Positions 1-8,941 of a stretch of DNA of 32,000 nucleotides are shown here, piece by piece (the stretch's first letter is position 1; each line of letters begins with the position of its first letter). Position numbers and translations under genes: made by a program. Location: contig NC_010628.1 of NCBI RefSeq assembly GCF_000020025.1, forward strand, positions 1,920,001 to 1,952,000. The letters are read 5' to 3'. The notes beneath the pieces were generated by a model. The model was given only the letters and a program-made list of their open reading frames with translations. It was not told the origin of the DNA and did not search any database. This stretch comes from Nostoc punctiforme PCC 73102. GTDB taxonomy: Bacteria > Cyanobacteriota > Cyanobacteriia > Cyanobacteriales > Nostocaceae.

Positions 1-162
1 TACGCCCAATAGAGCCCCAAACCCTTTGTAAAGGGGAGGGAACCAGATTTTTCATTTGCCTTTATTACTGCTCACGTCGCTTATATCTCAGTACTAAAGT
101 GACTGAGCTTTACGCTTACTGAAAACCTTGTAACAATCAACACAATTACCTTTTGTGGCTAA

Positions 163-969
163 CTAATCGTGCTTTGAAGCGTCAGGCATAATTGCCTCCT
201 GAAGATTTACGCCACTGAGGTTAGCTCCCCTCATGTCGGCTCCTCTCAGGTTGGCTCCTCTGAGATTTGCCCCTGCCAAATTCGCGCCTCTCAGGTTAGT
301 CCAACTCAAGTCAGCTTGACTCAAGTCAGCTTGACTTAAGTTAGCCCGCAACAGGTAAGCACCACTGAAGCGAGCCTTATTCAAATTAGCTTTGTATAAG
401 TCAGTTTTATAAAGATAAGCCCCCAATACTTCCGCTTCATACAAACTTGCTTCGCTGAGGTCAGCCTCAATCAAGTTAGCTTCAATCAGGTTGGCAAAAG
501 ATAGATTCGCTCGTATTAGCTTCGCTGCACCTAAATCGGCATCTCTCAAGTTAGCGCCTTTTAGGTCAGTTCCAATTAGATTAGCATGAGCGATCGCAGC
601 GCCTCTCAGATTCGCCTCACTCAAATCGGCTCCAATCAAATTAGCCTGGCTCAAATCTGCCTGCGTAAGTATAGCACCACTCAAGTTAGCAACACTCAAG
701 CTAGCATCACTCAAGTTAGCTTCAATGAGAAACGCTTTGCTGAGGTTGGCACTACTGAGGTCAGCACCACTGAGGTTTGCTCGCACCAGTAAAGCATTAC
801 CTAAATCTACCTTTCTCAAATTTACCCCCTGGAGGTTTGCGCCTCTGAGGTTATGCCCTTGCAGATTTGCAGCGCTGAGGTCTGGTTCAATCTGAGGATT
901 TTTCTTTCTCCATTCAATCCATGTCACTGCACCTGCTTTCAGTAAAGCTAGATGCTCTCGATTTGCCAT
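163..969 (-). CDS. pentapeptide repeat-containing protein (268 aa from ATG at 967-969; ORF track extends to 996)
   Basis: The translation is almost entirely A(D/N)LXX pentapeptide units (ANLQG HNLRG ANLQG VNLRK ... ANLRG ADMRG ANLSG). The N-terminal lead-in LLKAGAVTWIEWRKKNPQIEPDLS is typical of cyanobacterial PRPs. The ATG at 969 has AAGGAGA 5 nt upstream. The longer ORF start at 996 would overlap ccmP by 17 nt. Confidence 0.85.
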   Translation of the reverse strand: MANREHLALLKAGAVTWIEWRKKNPQIEPDLSAANLQGHNLRGANLQGVNLRKVDLGNALLVRANLSGADLSSANLSKAFLIEANLSDASLSVANLSGAILTQADLSQANLIGADLSEANLRGAAIAHANLIGTDLKGANLRDADLGAAKLIRANLSFANLIEANLIEADLSEASLYEAEVLGAYLYKTDLYKANLNKARFSGAYLLRANLSQADLSQADLSWTNLRGANLAGANLRGANLRGADMRGANLSGVNLQEAIMPDASKHD

Positions 970-979
970 TTTCTCTCCT

Positions 980-1621
980 TTACTCCTGACGACCACCTAG
1001 AGGATTTGCTCGGCCAGCTACACTTTCAATGGCCGTTAAAGCTCCCGCCGCACCTGCTAGAATATCCTGTTCTTGCCCACCTAAGTAAAGTCGTCCAAAG
1101 CTACCTACAGCTTGAACTTCAAGAATGTTAATCCTCGCCGCTTTCTCCGCTTCATTGGCAGCCAGTGCGGCGTAAGCAGCAGGTTCCACTTCTAATACAT
1201 ATAGTGTTTGTCCTGCTAGTAGTAGCTGTCCCCGGCGCGTGCGATTAATCAGTTGTGTTTGATAAGCATCGATGTTGCGGATAATCTGACTAGAAATAAC
1301 ACGCGGCTTCAGACATTCCTCTCTTTTGACTCCTAGTGCCGCCAAAATTGCTTGACCAGCAGCTCGCGTTTCACCTTGGGAGCTAGAATGAACTTCCAAT
1401 AGTCCGTATAGTCGTTCAACTACCTGTACTCCCGGACGGACAGAGGCAGATTTCAGGGCTATATCTGTAATCTTATTAATTTCGATACCAGGAGAGATTT
1501 CAATCCACAGTGATGTATCCCCTGGTAATGGTAAGAAGCCTTGGGCTACTGTTCCCATATATGCTGCATGTTGAGGTTGCAGGTTGTCGAGAAATACGAA
1601 ACTGCGTAGTTCTATTCCCAA
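980..1621 (-). CDS. ccmP: tandem-BMC-domain carboxysome shell protein CcmP (213 aa)
   Basis: Length and sequence ([29 protein letters not shown]..., ...[20 protein letters not shown]..., ...[16 protein letters not shown]...) match my recollection of the 213-aa CcmP of Synechococcus elongatus. The two-fold internal BMC-like organisation is visible. The start is TTG (1619-1621) with GGAGAG 7 nt upstream and an in-frame TGA just before it. Confidence 0.8.
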   Translation of the reverse strand: MGIELRSFVFLDNLQPQHAAYMGTVAQGFLPLPGDTSLWIEISPGIEINKITDIALKSASVRPGVQVVERLYGLLEVHSSSQGETRAAGQAILAALGVKREECLKPRVISSQIIRNIDAYQTQLINRTRRGQLLLAGQTLYVLEVEPAAYAALAANEAEKAARINILEVQAVGSFGRLYLGGQEQDILAGAAGALTAIESVAGRANPLGGRQE

Positions 1622-1976
1622 GATTTTGCTCTCCAGTCATAAGGGTAAAAGTTATCTATTGCAAGATATGAGTGCCTAACTTGGGGCATTTTTGCTACAA
1701 GTGAAGCATGGAAAAATACAAAGTATAAAAATTTTGCCGTCGATAAATTTTACACCTGAGAAGTATTCTGGCAGTAAAAACCGCCTTGATAATTGTACAA
1801 GCTTTATTACGCACAAATCGCTGGCTGAAATCCCTAACTAGTCTGGATTTACTGATAAAGTTGATGTGACAAAAAAGTTTTTAGCTAAACTGAAGCGGAG
1901 AAAGTTGAGTGAACTTTCCCCGCTATCTTCAAAATGCTGCCAAAACCGCAGACAATTAAATTGACAATGCTACTAC

Positions 1977-2234
1977 TAGTCTGTTAAGCGAAGTTTGAAG
2001 GGTAAAAGGAACGAACCACAGATGCAAGGCAGCGCGGTCTTCTTCCAAAGGGAGAGGCTAGCGCCTTTCCTTCTCTACGAGAGGCTGCGCCAACGGAACG
2101 CTCCGCGAACGCGGAGCGTCTCGTAGAGAAGGGGGTTTCCCTCATGAGCGACTGCCCCACAGAGAACACAGAGTTAAAGAAAAAAAGAGATTTTTAAGAA
2201 GTGTCTCACCAAGCATTGTTGGCTTGACAGACTA
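1977..2234. repeat. MITE-like 258-bp element with 12-bp terminal inverted repeats and a nested internal palindrome
   Basis: The termini are TAGTCTGTTAAG (1977-1988) and CTTGACAGACTA (2223-2234), 11/12 complementary. Inside, CTTCTCTACGAG (2070-2081) pairs with CTCGTAGAGAAG (2120-2131). That pair encloses ACGCTCCGCG-AA-CGCGGAGCGT (2098-2119). The same terminal motif bounds a second element at 22219-22320. Confidence 0.5.
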
Positions 2235-2238
2235 TTAA

Positions 2239-2271
2239 ATTTGTTTTTCTATTAAATAGAGAAAAACAAAT
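2239..2271 (-). terminator. candidate intrinsic terminator / strong hairpin downstream of the 65-aa ORF
   Basis: ATTTGTTTTTCTA (2239-2251) and TAGAGAAAAACAAAT (2257-2271) form a 13-15 bp stem with a 2-nt bulge and loop TTAAA. It lies about 100 nt downstream of the minus-strand stop at 2373. The flanks are A/T-rich, but there is no clean U-tract. Confidence 0.35.
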
Positions 2272-2372
2272 CTATTAGTTTAAGGACTTCCAAAAAATAA
2301 ATTATCCCAAATTATTTGTATGTACGCACAGTTGTGTACCCAGAGATGGGATGTTTTTTTACTCTAAGTGCC

Positions 2373-2570
2373 TTATTCTGCCTCTGTCAGCATCCATCCT
2401 GAGTAAGCATCTTCGACAAATCTGCTTTGACGACGAGTTCCTTTATGCTTGCTCACTCTGACTTTGAGGGTGGTTATGTATACTCCATCTATTACCTGAT
2501 GTCCATAACCGAAAACTTGACCAATTTGCCCTGTTCTTTGATGAAAAGCATAATCCCCGATATTCAACAT
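2373..2570 (-). CDS. small hypothetical protein (65 aa)
   Basis: ATG start with GGGAG 8 nt upstream (minus strand ...TTAGGGAGTCAGAATTATG). The composition is non-repetitive. I recognise no family. Confidence 0.5.
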   Translation of the reverse strand: MLNIGDYAFHQRTGQIGQVFGYGHQVIDGVYITTLKVRVSKHKGTRRQSRFVEDAYSGWMLTEAE

Positions 2571-2674
2571 AATTCTGACTCCCTAATTAACTAAGTTGGG
2601 TAGTTTGTGTTTGGCTGTTTGTGCGCGGCAAAATCGCTCTGATGATATTAGTTCCGCGCACAAATCTGTAAAAA

Positions 2675-3946
2675 TTAAGCTGCAATCCGGGGTCGAGTAT
2701 TGGATGCAGTTTGAGCCAACAAACGAGTGTAAAGTTGAGTCAGTCGGAATCCAACACTGTACCAACTAAAGGCAATTTCTGTCCGTTGTCGAGCCGCTTC
2801 ACCTAATTGGTCTCGCCAAGTTGGGTTAATAAGAATACGGTCTATAGCAGCAGCAAAAGCTACTTCATCTTTAGGAGGCGCAAGTAACCCTGTGACTTCT
2901 GGTACAACAGTAAACTGCAACCCACCAACATCACTAGCTACGACTGGAGTCTGACTAGCCATTGCCTCAATAGCAACTAAACCAAAAGGTTCATAATGGC
3001 TGGGGACTACGCAGACATCAGCGGCGGCGTAGTAGAAGGGGAGAACAGTTTCATCTAGGCGACCGGCAAAGGTTGTACAATTTTCTAATCCGAGTTCAGT
3101 CACGATGCTAGCAATGCGATCGCGTTCTATTGCATCACTCTGACCGGGACGGCTACCACCGCCAATTACTAGCTGGAGGTTAGCTTCACCCCTTAAACTA
3201 GACTTGGCAACAGCTCTTACCAAGGTTTCAATTCCTTTGCGGCGGTCAAAGCGACCAACATAGAGAACTATTTTGGCATCTGGGGCAATTCCCAACTTTT
3301 CTCGCGCCGCAGTTCGCTGAATTCCCCCAAATTTGTCAGTATCAGTGCCACAGGGAATCATTTCAATGTTCCCTTTGCTAGAAACGAGTACCCGCATGTG
3401 TTTCTGTTCTTGTGGACTGGTTGCAACTACACAGTCTATAGTTTCCAAGCAGGCTTTTTCTACAGCTAATCGCTGGGCTGCAATTACGGGAACATCACCA
3501 ATACTTCTGTATTTAACGGCTCCTAAAGAATGGTAAGTATGTACCTGAATCAGGGATTGCTGTTTTTTCAATTCCATACCCACCCAAGATGATAACCAGT
3601 AGTTGGTATGAATTAAGGAGTAATGAAACCCTTGGCGCTGCTGAAATTTCTGGAATTCTTCGATGAATTCAGGTAAATGGTCGAACAAGTTATCTCGCCC
3701 GATAAATTCGGCTGGGCCAGCTTTTAACCGAATAGTACGACAGTTTGGGCCATGTTGAGCAATCGCAGATTGTTCAGAATTACTACGACGAGTGAACATA
3801 TCCACTTGCCAACCTTGCTGGGCTAAGGCATAACCTACTTGACGCACATAAACATTTTGACCTCCAGCCTCTTCTTGACCAATTTCAACCGCTGGGTCGC
3901 CATCAATAGAAATTAGGGCAATGCGATGTTTCTTATTCTGGAACAT
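2675..3946 (-). CDS. GT4-family (group 1) glycosyltransferase, GT-B fold; sucrose-phosphate-synthase/MshA-like N-terminal motif
   Basis: N-terminal HRIALISIDGDPAVEIGQEEAGGQNVYVRQVGYALAQQGWQVDMFTR. C-terminal EPFGLVAIEAMASQTPVVASDVGGL (the E-x7-E-type GT1 motif region). The 423-aa size is similar to stand-alone cyanobacterial SPS glycosyltransferase-domain proteins, but the substrate cannot be assigned from sequence alone. Confidence 0.8.
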   Translation of the reverse strand: MFQNKKHRIALISIDGDPAVEIGQEEAGGQNVYVRQVGYALAQQGWQVDMFTRRSNSEQSAIAQHGPNCRTIRLKAGPAEFIGRDNLFDHLPEFIEEFQKFQQRQGFHYSLIHTNYWLSSWVGMELKKQQSLIQVHTYHSLGAVKYRSIGDVPVIAAQRLAVEKACLETIDCVVATSPQEQKHMRVLVSSKGNIEMIPCGTDTDKFGGIQRTAAREKLGIAPDAKIVLYVGRFDRRKGIETLVRAVAKSSLRGEANLQLVIGGGSRPGQSDAIERDRIASIVTELGLENCTTFAGRLDETVLPFYYAAADVCVVPSHYEPFGLVAIEAMASQTPVVASDVGGLQFTVVPEVTGLLAPPKDEVAFAAAIDRILINPTWRDQLGEAARQRTEIAFSWYSVGFRLTQLYTRLLAQTASNTRPRIAA

Positions 3947-4567
3947 AGCTGATTTTCACCTCAAGGTAAATAATCCTGCCTCAAACGCCAGAAATCAAGA
4001 TATTATTATCCTCTCTCAAGGCCGAGGGCAGGTACAACGAACCGCAAAGTTACCAGCCAAAGGACACTGACGAGAACAAGGCATTACTTGTTAAGAATGC
4101 TGCTCGTTCAGTCTCTTCTCAATGCCGACGAAGTTAGCTGACGGGCTAGGACTGAGAGATGTCCTTCTTAAGAAAGTTATGAGTTATGAGTTTAGTAACT
4201 TTTAACTCCTCACTATTAACTATTAACTTTCTTCAAAATACGCCCCAGATTTGGTTCCTCCGCTCCGGTTTACCCTTTACAAATCTTTGTTGGGAATATA
4301 GTGGATTAGGCAGACTGATTTATTTTTCTTAAGGTTTTATAACCTTTAGTCATCAACTATGTCAAGAGTATGAACAAAAAAATGGTGATGCTAATCACTT
4401 CAAAGCGTGTTGTAACTAGCTTTGAAGAATCAAACTGTAGGGGAAAGTTGGAGTTGTTGAGAAGCTCTCAAGAAAAAACTTACTGATGTTAATTGCTACA
4501 TTTTCTTTAGTTTCTGGGAATGAAATAATCTTGAAAGTTTCAAAGAGTTAAATATACCAATGGCGTA

Positions 4568-6406
4568 CTATTTTGCTAAACCAAGTGTCCGACCAGGAAA
4601 ACCAGCAACGTCAAAATATTGAGTTGAGCCAACAGTTTGATACTTCAAGATCGTTTTTAATCCATTAGTACTTGGTTGGGATGTCAAAGTATTAGATTTA
4701 AAAGAAACTTTTTTAACTCCTTTGACCAAAGATTCATGTAAAACACGACCTATAAGTTTTCCTTGATGGGGAATATTCAAATTTAAAGTCTTAGCCAAGG
4801 TAATAGCCACATCAGCATTACTTACTGGTACTCGGTCTACAAAAGCTTTCTTAAAGTCAGGACCGATTGCAGCCATATAATTGTAAGTATCAGCACGGCT
4901 AAAAGAGCCATGCATTCCCTGTCCTTGCTGCAAAGAAGAGTCTGCAACTTCCACACCACAAGCAGTTGGGTCGCCACAACCAGTATCAAATGTCCGAAAG
5001 TTTACTACGATCGCTGGGCTAGGAAGATCAGATTTACCATCAAGCCCGATCGCACTTAAGGGTAAAGTACCTGGAATGGAGCCTAATTTATCATTTACAA
5101 ATAAACCACTAACATAATCTTCTTTTAAGAGGATATCTACAACTTGTTTAGCAAGTGCTTTGTTATTTGTACTATTAGGTAAATAAATCAAATCTGAACC
5201 ACCATTAGCAGCCACTAATACATCAGGTTTATTTGCTTCTTTAGCAATCAAACCATTTTTAGAAAACTGACCCTGAGTTGGATCAACCACAACATTTTGC
5301 TTATCTGGATCGAACAAAGACAATCCTAAACCATGAGCAATATCAATAGCTAGAAAACCAGGTGGCAAAAATCCTTTCATCACATCTGGATAATCAAGCG
5401 TCCTTGAGTAGCTGGTTTTGCTCTCCTTGCTGATGGTAGAAAAACCGTGATCGGCCGTCACAAAAATATTTGTAGAAGCTTCTAAATTTAGCTGTTTGAG
5501 GACAGCGCGGATTTGGGCGAGATTGTTATCGACATTTTGACGAGCTGCAAGTGAAGTGGGACCATTAATCCCTGGAGTAAGAGTGTTTAGACTATCACCT
5601 TGGTTATGCTGAGTTCCATCTGGATCGCGTGACCAATAAATTAAAACAAAAGGTTTTTGCCGTTTTTTAAATAGAGGCAATAGCACTTTTGTCGTTATAT
5701 CGGCAAAGTATTGTTGTTGAAATATATTAGCGACTTTTGTACCTGGTACTGTGCTGTTGCCAGATTTGCCATTATCTCCTCGCGTCGGAGATTTTAAGGC
5801 AATGCCATTTTTTGTTAATAGTTCAGCTATTTCAGAACTCAAAGGAATTCCTGTTGGAGACCCTGTAGCATCATCAATTATAATTGTGGATTTACCAGTT
5901 CTTTGAGTAACATCTTGAATTAATACTGGCCCAACCTTGCCAACGGCGGCGGTACTAAACCCAGCTTCACGTGCAGTATCTAATAGGCTTTCTTCGTTTA
6001 AGTAATTACCATCGAAGTGTTGGCTAATTTCCTCCAAAACAGCATTATTTTCTAAGAAAGGAACGGGGCTGTTACTGGCACTTTGGACAGGAAAGCCAAC
6101 ATTAATTGTATTGCTAAAATCACCAGTATCACCGAGATAATGTCCCGTTGCGATCGCAGAAGCATTAGCGGTAGTAAAAGTAGGAAACAGCGAATGACTA
6201 TTGACAAAACTTACACCCTGCTGGCGAATTTCATGAAGATTAGGAGTTTCCTGAGCATTAACTTTACTAGGTCGCAATCCATCTGTAATAAAAATTATTA
6301 CATTGTGTTGAGGTTTGGTCTTAGCAAATCCTGAAACTGCCAATACTGTAATGAGTGTAACGGTAGCTATTATCAGAAAACTCTTATATATCTTAGGTAA
6401 AACCAT
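4568..6406 (-). CDS. secreted alkaline-phosphatase-superfamily enzyme, nucleotide pyrophosphatase/phosphodiesterase (NPP)-like (612 aa)
   Basis: N-terminal hydrophobic signal/anchor (FLIIATVTLITVLAVSGFA). Metal/nucleophile motifs IFITDGLRP, FPTFTTANASAIATGH (NPP-type Thr nucleophile context) and FVTADHGF. GGAG lies 11 nt upstream of the ATG. Confidence 0.75.
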   Translation of the reverse strand: MVLPKIYKSFLIIATVTLITVLAVSGFAKTKPQHNVIIFITDGLRPSKVNAQETPNLHEIRQQGVSFVNSHSLFPTFTTANASAIATGHYLGDTGDFSNTINVGFPVQSASNSPVPFLENNAVLEEISQHFDGNYLNEESLLDTAREAGFSTAAVGKVGPVLIQDVTQRTGKSTIIIDDATGSPTGIPLSSEIAELLTKNGIALKSPTRGDNGKSGNSTVPGTKVANIFQQQYFADITTKVLLPLFKKRQKPFVLIYWSRDPDGTQHNQGDSLNTLTPGINGPTSLAARQNVDNNLAQIRAVLKQLNLEASTNIFVTADHGFSTISKESKTSYSRTLDYPDVMKGFLPPGFLAIDIAHGLGLSLFDPDKQNVVVDPTQGQFSKNGLIAKEANKPDVLVAANGGSDLIYLPNSTNNKALAKQVVDILLKEDYVSGLFVNDKLGSIPGTLPLSAIGLDGKSDLPSPAIVVNFRTFDTGCGDPTACGVEVADSSLQQGQGMHGSFSRADTYNYMAAIGPDFKKAFVDRVPVSNADVAITLAKTLNLNIPHQGKLIGRVLHESLVKGVKKVSFKSNTLTSQPSTNGLKTILKYQTVGSTQYFDVAGFPGRTLGLAK

Positions 6407-6748
6407 CTGCCTACATCTCCAAATATATATATTTCCGCCGTTTTGGAACTTTAGTATTTAATTTAACCATGTATCAAACTTTATTGCGTGTTAACTGGAA
6501 TACCAATTTTTTCATACCAGAATAAATTTAGATGGCTGCTTGAACTTCAGTCAATTGAATTTGGTAATCTAAGTATTTATACTCGGAGTGAATATGCCAG
6601 CTCTTTTAATCCATACAAGTAAAGTTTATTGGTTGAGATGAGCATCCCAATTTTGGAAAAATATCTTTTAAATAATCCGAAAAGCAGCAACTTCAGTTTG
6701 GAGATTAAGCATACAGTTACCAAAATCAGATAGACTCATTGCTAAATC

Positions 6749-7747
6749 ATGGTCAATACAAATTTAAAACTAAGATTTAAACCCGTTTCTCACAGTTGGG
6801 TTGCTCTGCATCCACAGCCTAAAGGAGTAATTCAATTTGTTGCAGGGGCTTTCTTTGGTACATTTGCACCCATGCTTTTTTATCGCCATCTGCTTCAATC
6901 TCTATTTGAGCAGGGATATACTATTATTCTTTTACCGTTTAATTTTACGTTTGACCATTATGTAGAAGCGGGTTTTCTCATGAGAGAGCAGTATGAAATT
7001 CTGCCAGAGCTTGTGAGGATGGCAACTGTTGAAGGATATGATTATGAAGCCTATCTAGATGATAAAAACTTTTCTTGGATTGGACATAGCCTTGGCTGTA
7101 AATATATTTCCCTGTTAGAAGGATTTACCGCTTTGCCAGATGATATTCAAAAAAGAGAAACTTTTATTCGGAATCTGCTATCTCATACGTCGAATAAGTC
7201 CCAAATAGAAAGTGTAATTAAAGATATTAACATTCTTGTTGAGGAGCTTAAACGAAAAATTATAGAAGATCAGAAACTAATTTGCAGTTATGTAGGTCGG
7301 AAAATCAAAATTAACAGTGTCTTTATTAGAGGGCAAGTTTCTATCCTCTTAGCACCTGATATTAGCGATACAGCCAGCGCAATTCGCCCTCAATTTTTAG
7401 CTGATATCATCGATAATCTTGGTTGGGGTGTAAAACCAAACCCTGAAGAAACCAAGAATTTAATCAAGGATAGTGGGTTATTTAATATCATGGGTTTAGT
7501 CTGTTTTAAGTCTGATAAGATTGCTAAATTAACCTGTGAATGGTTTACTGATATTTTGAAAAGACCGCCTCAAGAGTTTCTCGAAACTTTAGGCGGTGGG
7601 CATTTAAAACCTTTAGGTATTCAATTAGGTAATACTGTCATTAATCTTTTTGACAAACCTTTAATTGAGTCAGTTCAAGATCGAAATAGAGGCTTTGAGC
7701 ATCATGTAATTGAATTGCTTGAGGCACTTAAAGAAGAATCAAAATAA
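6749..7747 (+). CDS. DUF1350-family alpha/beta-hydrolase-like protein (332 aa)
   Basis: N-terminus [41 protein letters not shown] and nucleophile-elbow-like GHSLGC. I recall this pattern for the cyanobacteria/plant DUF1350 family. A Lys/Glu-rich segment in the middle looks like an insertion. Confidence 0.7.
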   Translation: MVNTNLKLRFKPVSHSWVALHPQPKGVIQFVAGAFFGTFAPMLFYRHLLQSLFEQGYTIILLPFNFTFDHYVEAGFLMREQYEILPELVRMATVEGYDYEAYLDDKNFSWIGHSLGCKYISLLEGFTALPDDIQKRETFIRNLLSHTSNKSQIESVIKDINILVEELKRKIIEDQKLICSYVGRKIKINSVFIRGQVSILLAPDISDTASAIRPQFLADIIDNLGWGVKPNPEETKNLIKDSGLFNIMGLVCFKSDKIAKLTCEWFTDILKRPPQEFLETLGGGHLKPLGIQLGNTVINLFDKPLIESVQDRNRGFEHHVIELLEALKEESK

Positions 7748-7750
7748 TGA

Positions 7751-7826
7751 GAATTGGGAATTGGGAATTGGGAATTAGGCATTGGGAATTGGGCATTGGG
7801 AATTGGGCATTGGGCATTGGGCATTG
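7751..7826. repeat. tandem heptanucleotide array (about 11 x GGGAATT/GGGCATT), STRR-like
   Basis: Read directly: gaattgggaattgggaattgggaattaggcattgggaattgggcattgggaattgggcattgggcattgggcattg. It starts 4 nt after the DUF1350 stop codon. Confidence 0.9.
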
Positions 7827-7830
7827 AAAA

Positions 7831-7950
7831 GAGGTAGAGGGGGGAAAGGGGCATAGAGGATAAGGGAGACAAGGGAGAATTGATTGAATAAATCTCTCCC
7901 CTGCCCCCTGCCCTCTGCCCCTTGTCCTCCTTGTCCCCTGCTTCTTCCCC
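7831..7950. repeat. imperfect G-rich/C-rich inverted repeat between convergent genes (possible bidirectional terminator)
   Basis: The G-rich arm ...GGGGCATAGAGGATAAGGGAGACAAGGGAGA ends at 7878. The loop is ATTGATTGAATAAATC. The C-rich arm TCTCCCCTGCCCCCTGCCCTCTGCCCC... starts at 7895. CAAGGGAGA (7870-7878) pairs with TCTCCCCTG (7895-7903) at 8/9, and about 13 of the first 16 positions pair overall. Confidence 0.55.
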
Positions 7951-7969
7951 ATTCCCTAATACTTTTTCA

Positions 7970-8941
7970 TCACAATCCCAATTCTTCTGGAAAGCCCAGC
8001 ATGATGTTTAGGTTTTGGATTGCGGCTCCTGATGCGCCTTTGCCCAAGTTGTCGAGACGAGCAACTAGCAATGCTTCTTTGGTGGTGTCATTGGCGAATA
8101 CAAAAACCTGAACAATATTAGTGCCGTTCACTGCAATCGCATCCAAAAATATTCCGTCTCGCAGCAGAGTAGAATCTTGGAATGGAGCAACCTGCACAAA
8201 CTTTTCACCTTGGTAGTAATCAGCGATCGCTTCATAGATTACCTCACCTGATGGTGGATTATCCAAAGTTCCTAACGGCAAAGGCACTTGAACTAGCATC
8301 CCTTGCTCAAAATCCCCTACTGAAGGTACAAATAGTGGCGGCGATGCTAACCCTGAATAATAATGCATTTCCTTGACATGCTTATGTCCAAACTGCAAAC
8401 CGTAGATTCCGAATGGATATAGTGACTCACCCCCGGCTTGCTGTTCATGGAAGGTATGGTATTGTTTAATAAGATTTTTTCCGCCACCAGAGTAACCTGA
8501 TACTGCATTCACGGTGATGGGAAAATTACTTTTGAACAGTCCCTTAGCAATCAACGGACGGATACAGGCTAAAAATCCTGTGGGATAACAGCCTGGATTA
8601 CTGACATACTGGGCGCTGGCGATTTTCTCTCTCTGCCCTGGATTGAGTTCGGGGAACCCATATACCCAGCCATTAGCTGTCCGATGGGCACTACTAGCAT
8701 CAAGGATCTTAACCGTAGTACTACTTACTAAGCTAACAGCTTCACGGGCTGCATCATCAGGTAGGCAGAGAATAACAACATCGACGGTATTAATTAGTTT
8801 AGCTCGCTCACTTGCATCTTTACGTTTAGATGCCTCAATGCTAACTAACTCGATATCATCACGTTGATTGAGACGTGAATAAATTTGTAAGCCTGTGGTT
8901 CCTGATTCGCCATCAATGAAAATCTTAGGTTTAGTAATCAT
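7970..8941 (-). CDS. argC: N-acetyl-gamma-glutamyl-phosphate reductase, short (type 2) form (323 aa from ATG at 8941)
   Basis: KIFIDGESGTTGLQIYSRL (NAD(P)-binding G-x-G-x-x-G region). ILDASSAHRTANGWVYGFPEL and VSNPGCYPTG (catalytic Cys motif). The start was moved to M19 of the ORF (MITKPKIF...), where family similarity begins. Confidence 0.85.
   Translation of the reverse strand: MITKPKIFIDGESGTTGLQIYSRLNQRDDIELVSIEASKRKDASERAKLINTVDVVILCLPDDAAREAVSLVSSTTVKILDASSAHRTANGWVYGFPELNPGQREKIASAQYVSNPGCYPTGFLACIRPLIAKGLFKSNFPITVNAVSGYSGGGKNLIKQYHTFHEQQAGGESLYPFGIYGLQFGHKHVKEMHYYSGLASPPLFVPSVGDFEQGMLVQVPLPLGTLDNPPSGEVIYEAIADYYQGEKFVQVAPFQDSTLLRDGIFLDAIAVNGTNIVQVFVFANDTTKEALLVARLDNLGKGASGAAIQNLNIMLGFPEELGL

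Noticed and set aside
586-792. A 68-aa plus-strand ORF inside the pentapeptide-repeat gene.
   Set aside because: It is the antisense shadow of a highly repetitive coding sequence. The translation is low-complexity and has no start context.
1984-2169. A 61-aa minus-strand ORF.
   Set aside because: It lies entirely within the palindromic MITE-like element. Its Arg/Ala/Ser-rich translation is produced by GC-rich repeats.
2583-2765. A 60-aa minus-strand ORF overlapping the 3' end of the glycosyltransferase gene.
   Set aside because: It is an out-of-frame overlap with a well-supported gene and shows no motifs.
3333-3536. Antisense ORFs inside well-supported genes: 3333-3536, 6083-6334, 8182-8376, 8643-8867, 10409-10600, 11617-11838, 17197-17412, 18616-18810, 21859-22107, 22573-22833, 24398-24637, 24408-24593, 25416-25765, 26655-26924, 27082-27340, 28317-28499, 30059-30394, 30743-30967 and 31349-31624.
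   Set aside because: Each lies inside, and mostly opposite to, a gene with clear family motifs. None has recognisable motifs or a start context.
4067-4110. A hammerhead-ribozyme-like string: CTGACGAG, a 6-bp stem (AACAAG/CTTGTT), then AAGAAT.
   Set aside because: The core after stem II is AAGAAU rather than the required CGAAA. No convincing stems I or III can be drawn. It is most likely chance.
6440-6560. A possible Pho-box (PyTTAAPyPy repeats at 11-bp spacing) upstream of the phosphatase-superfamily gene.
   Set aside because: Only two of four phased positions carry TTAA-type octamers (GTTAACAC, GTTAAATT). That is too weak in AT-rich DNA.
7728-8111. ORFs 7728-7952(-) and 7884-8111(+).
   Set aside because: They are translations of the heptamer array and the G/C-rich palindrome (PMPNSQ..., CPLPSAPCPPCP...), and of the antisense strand of the argC 3' end.
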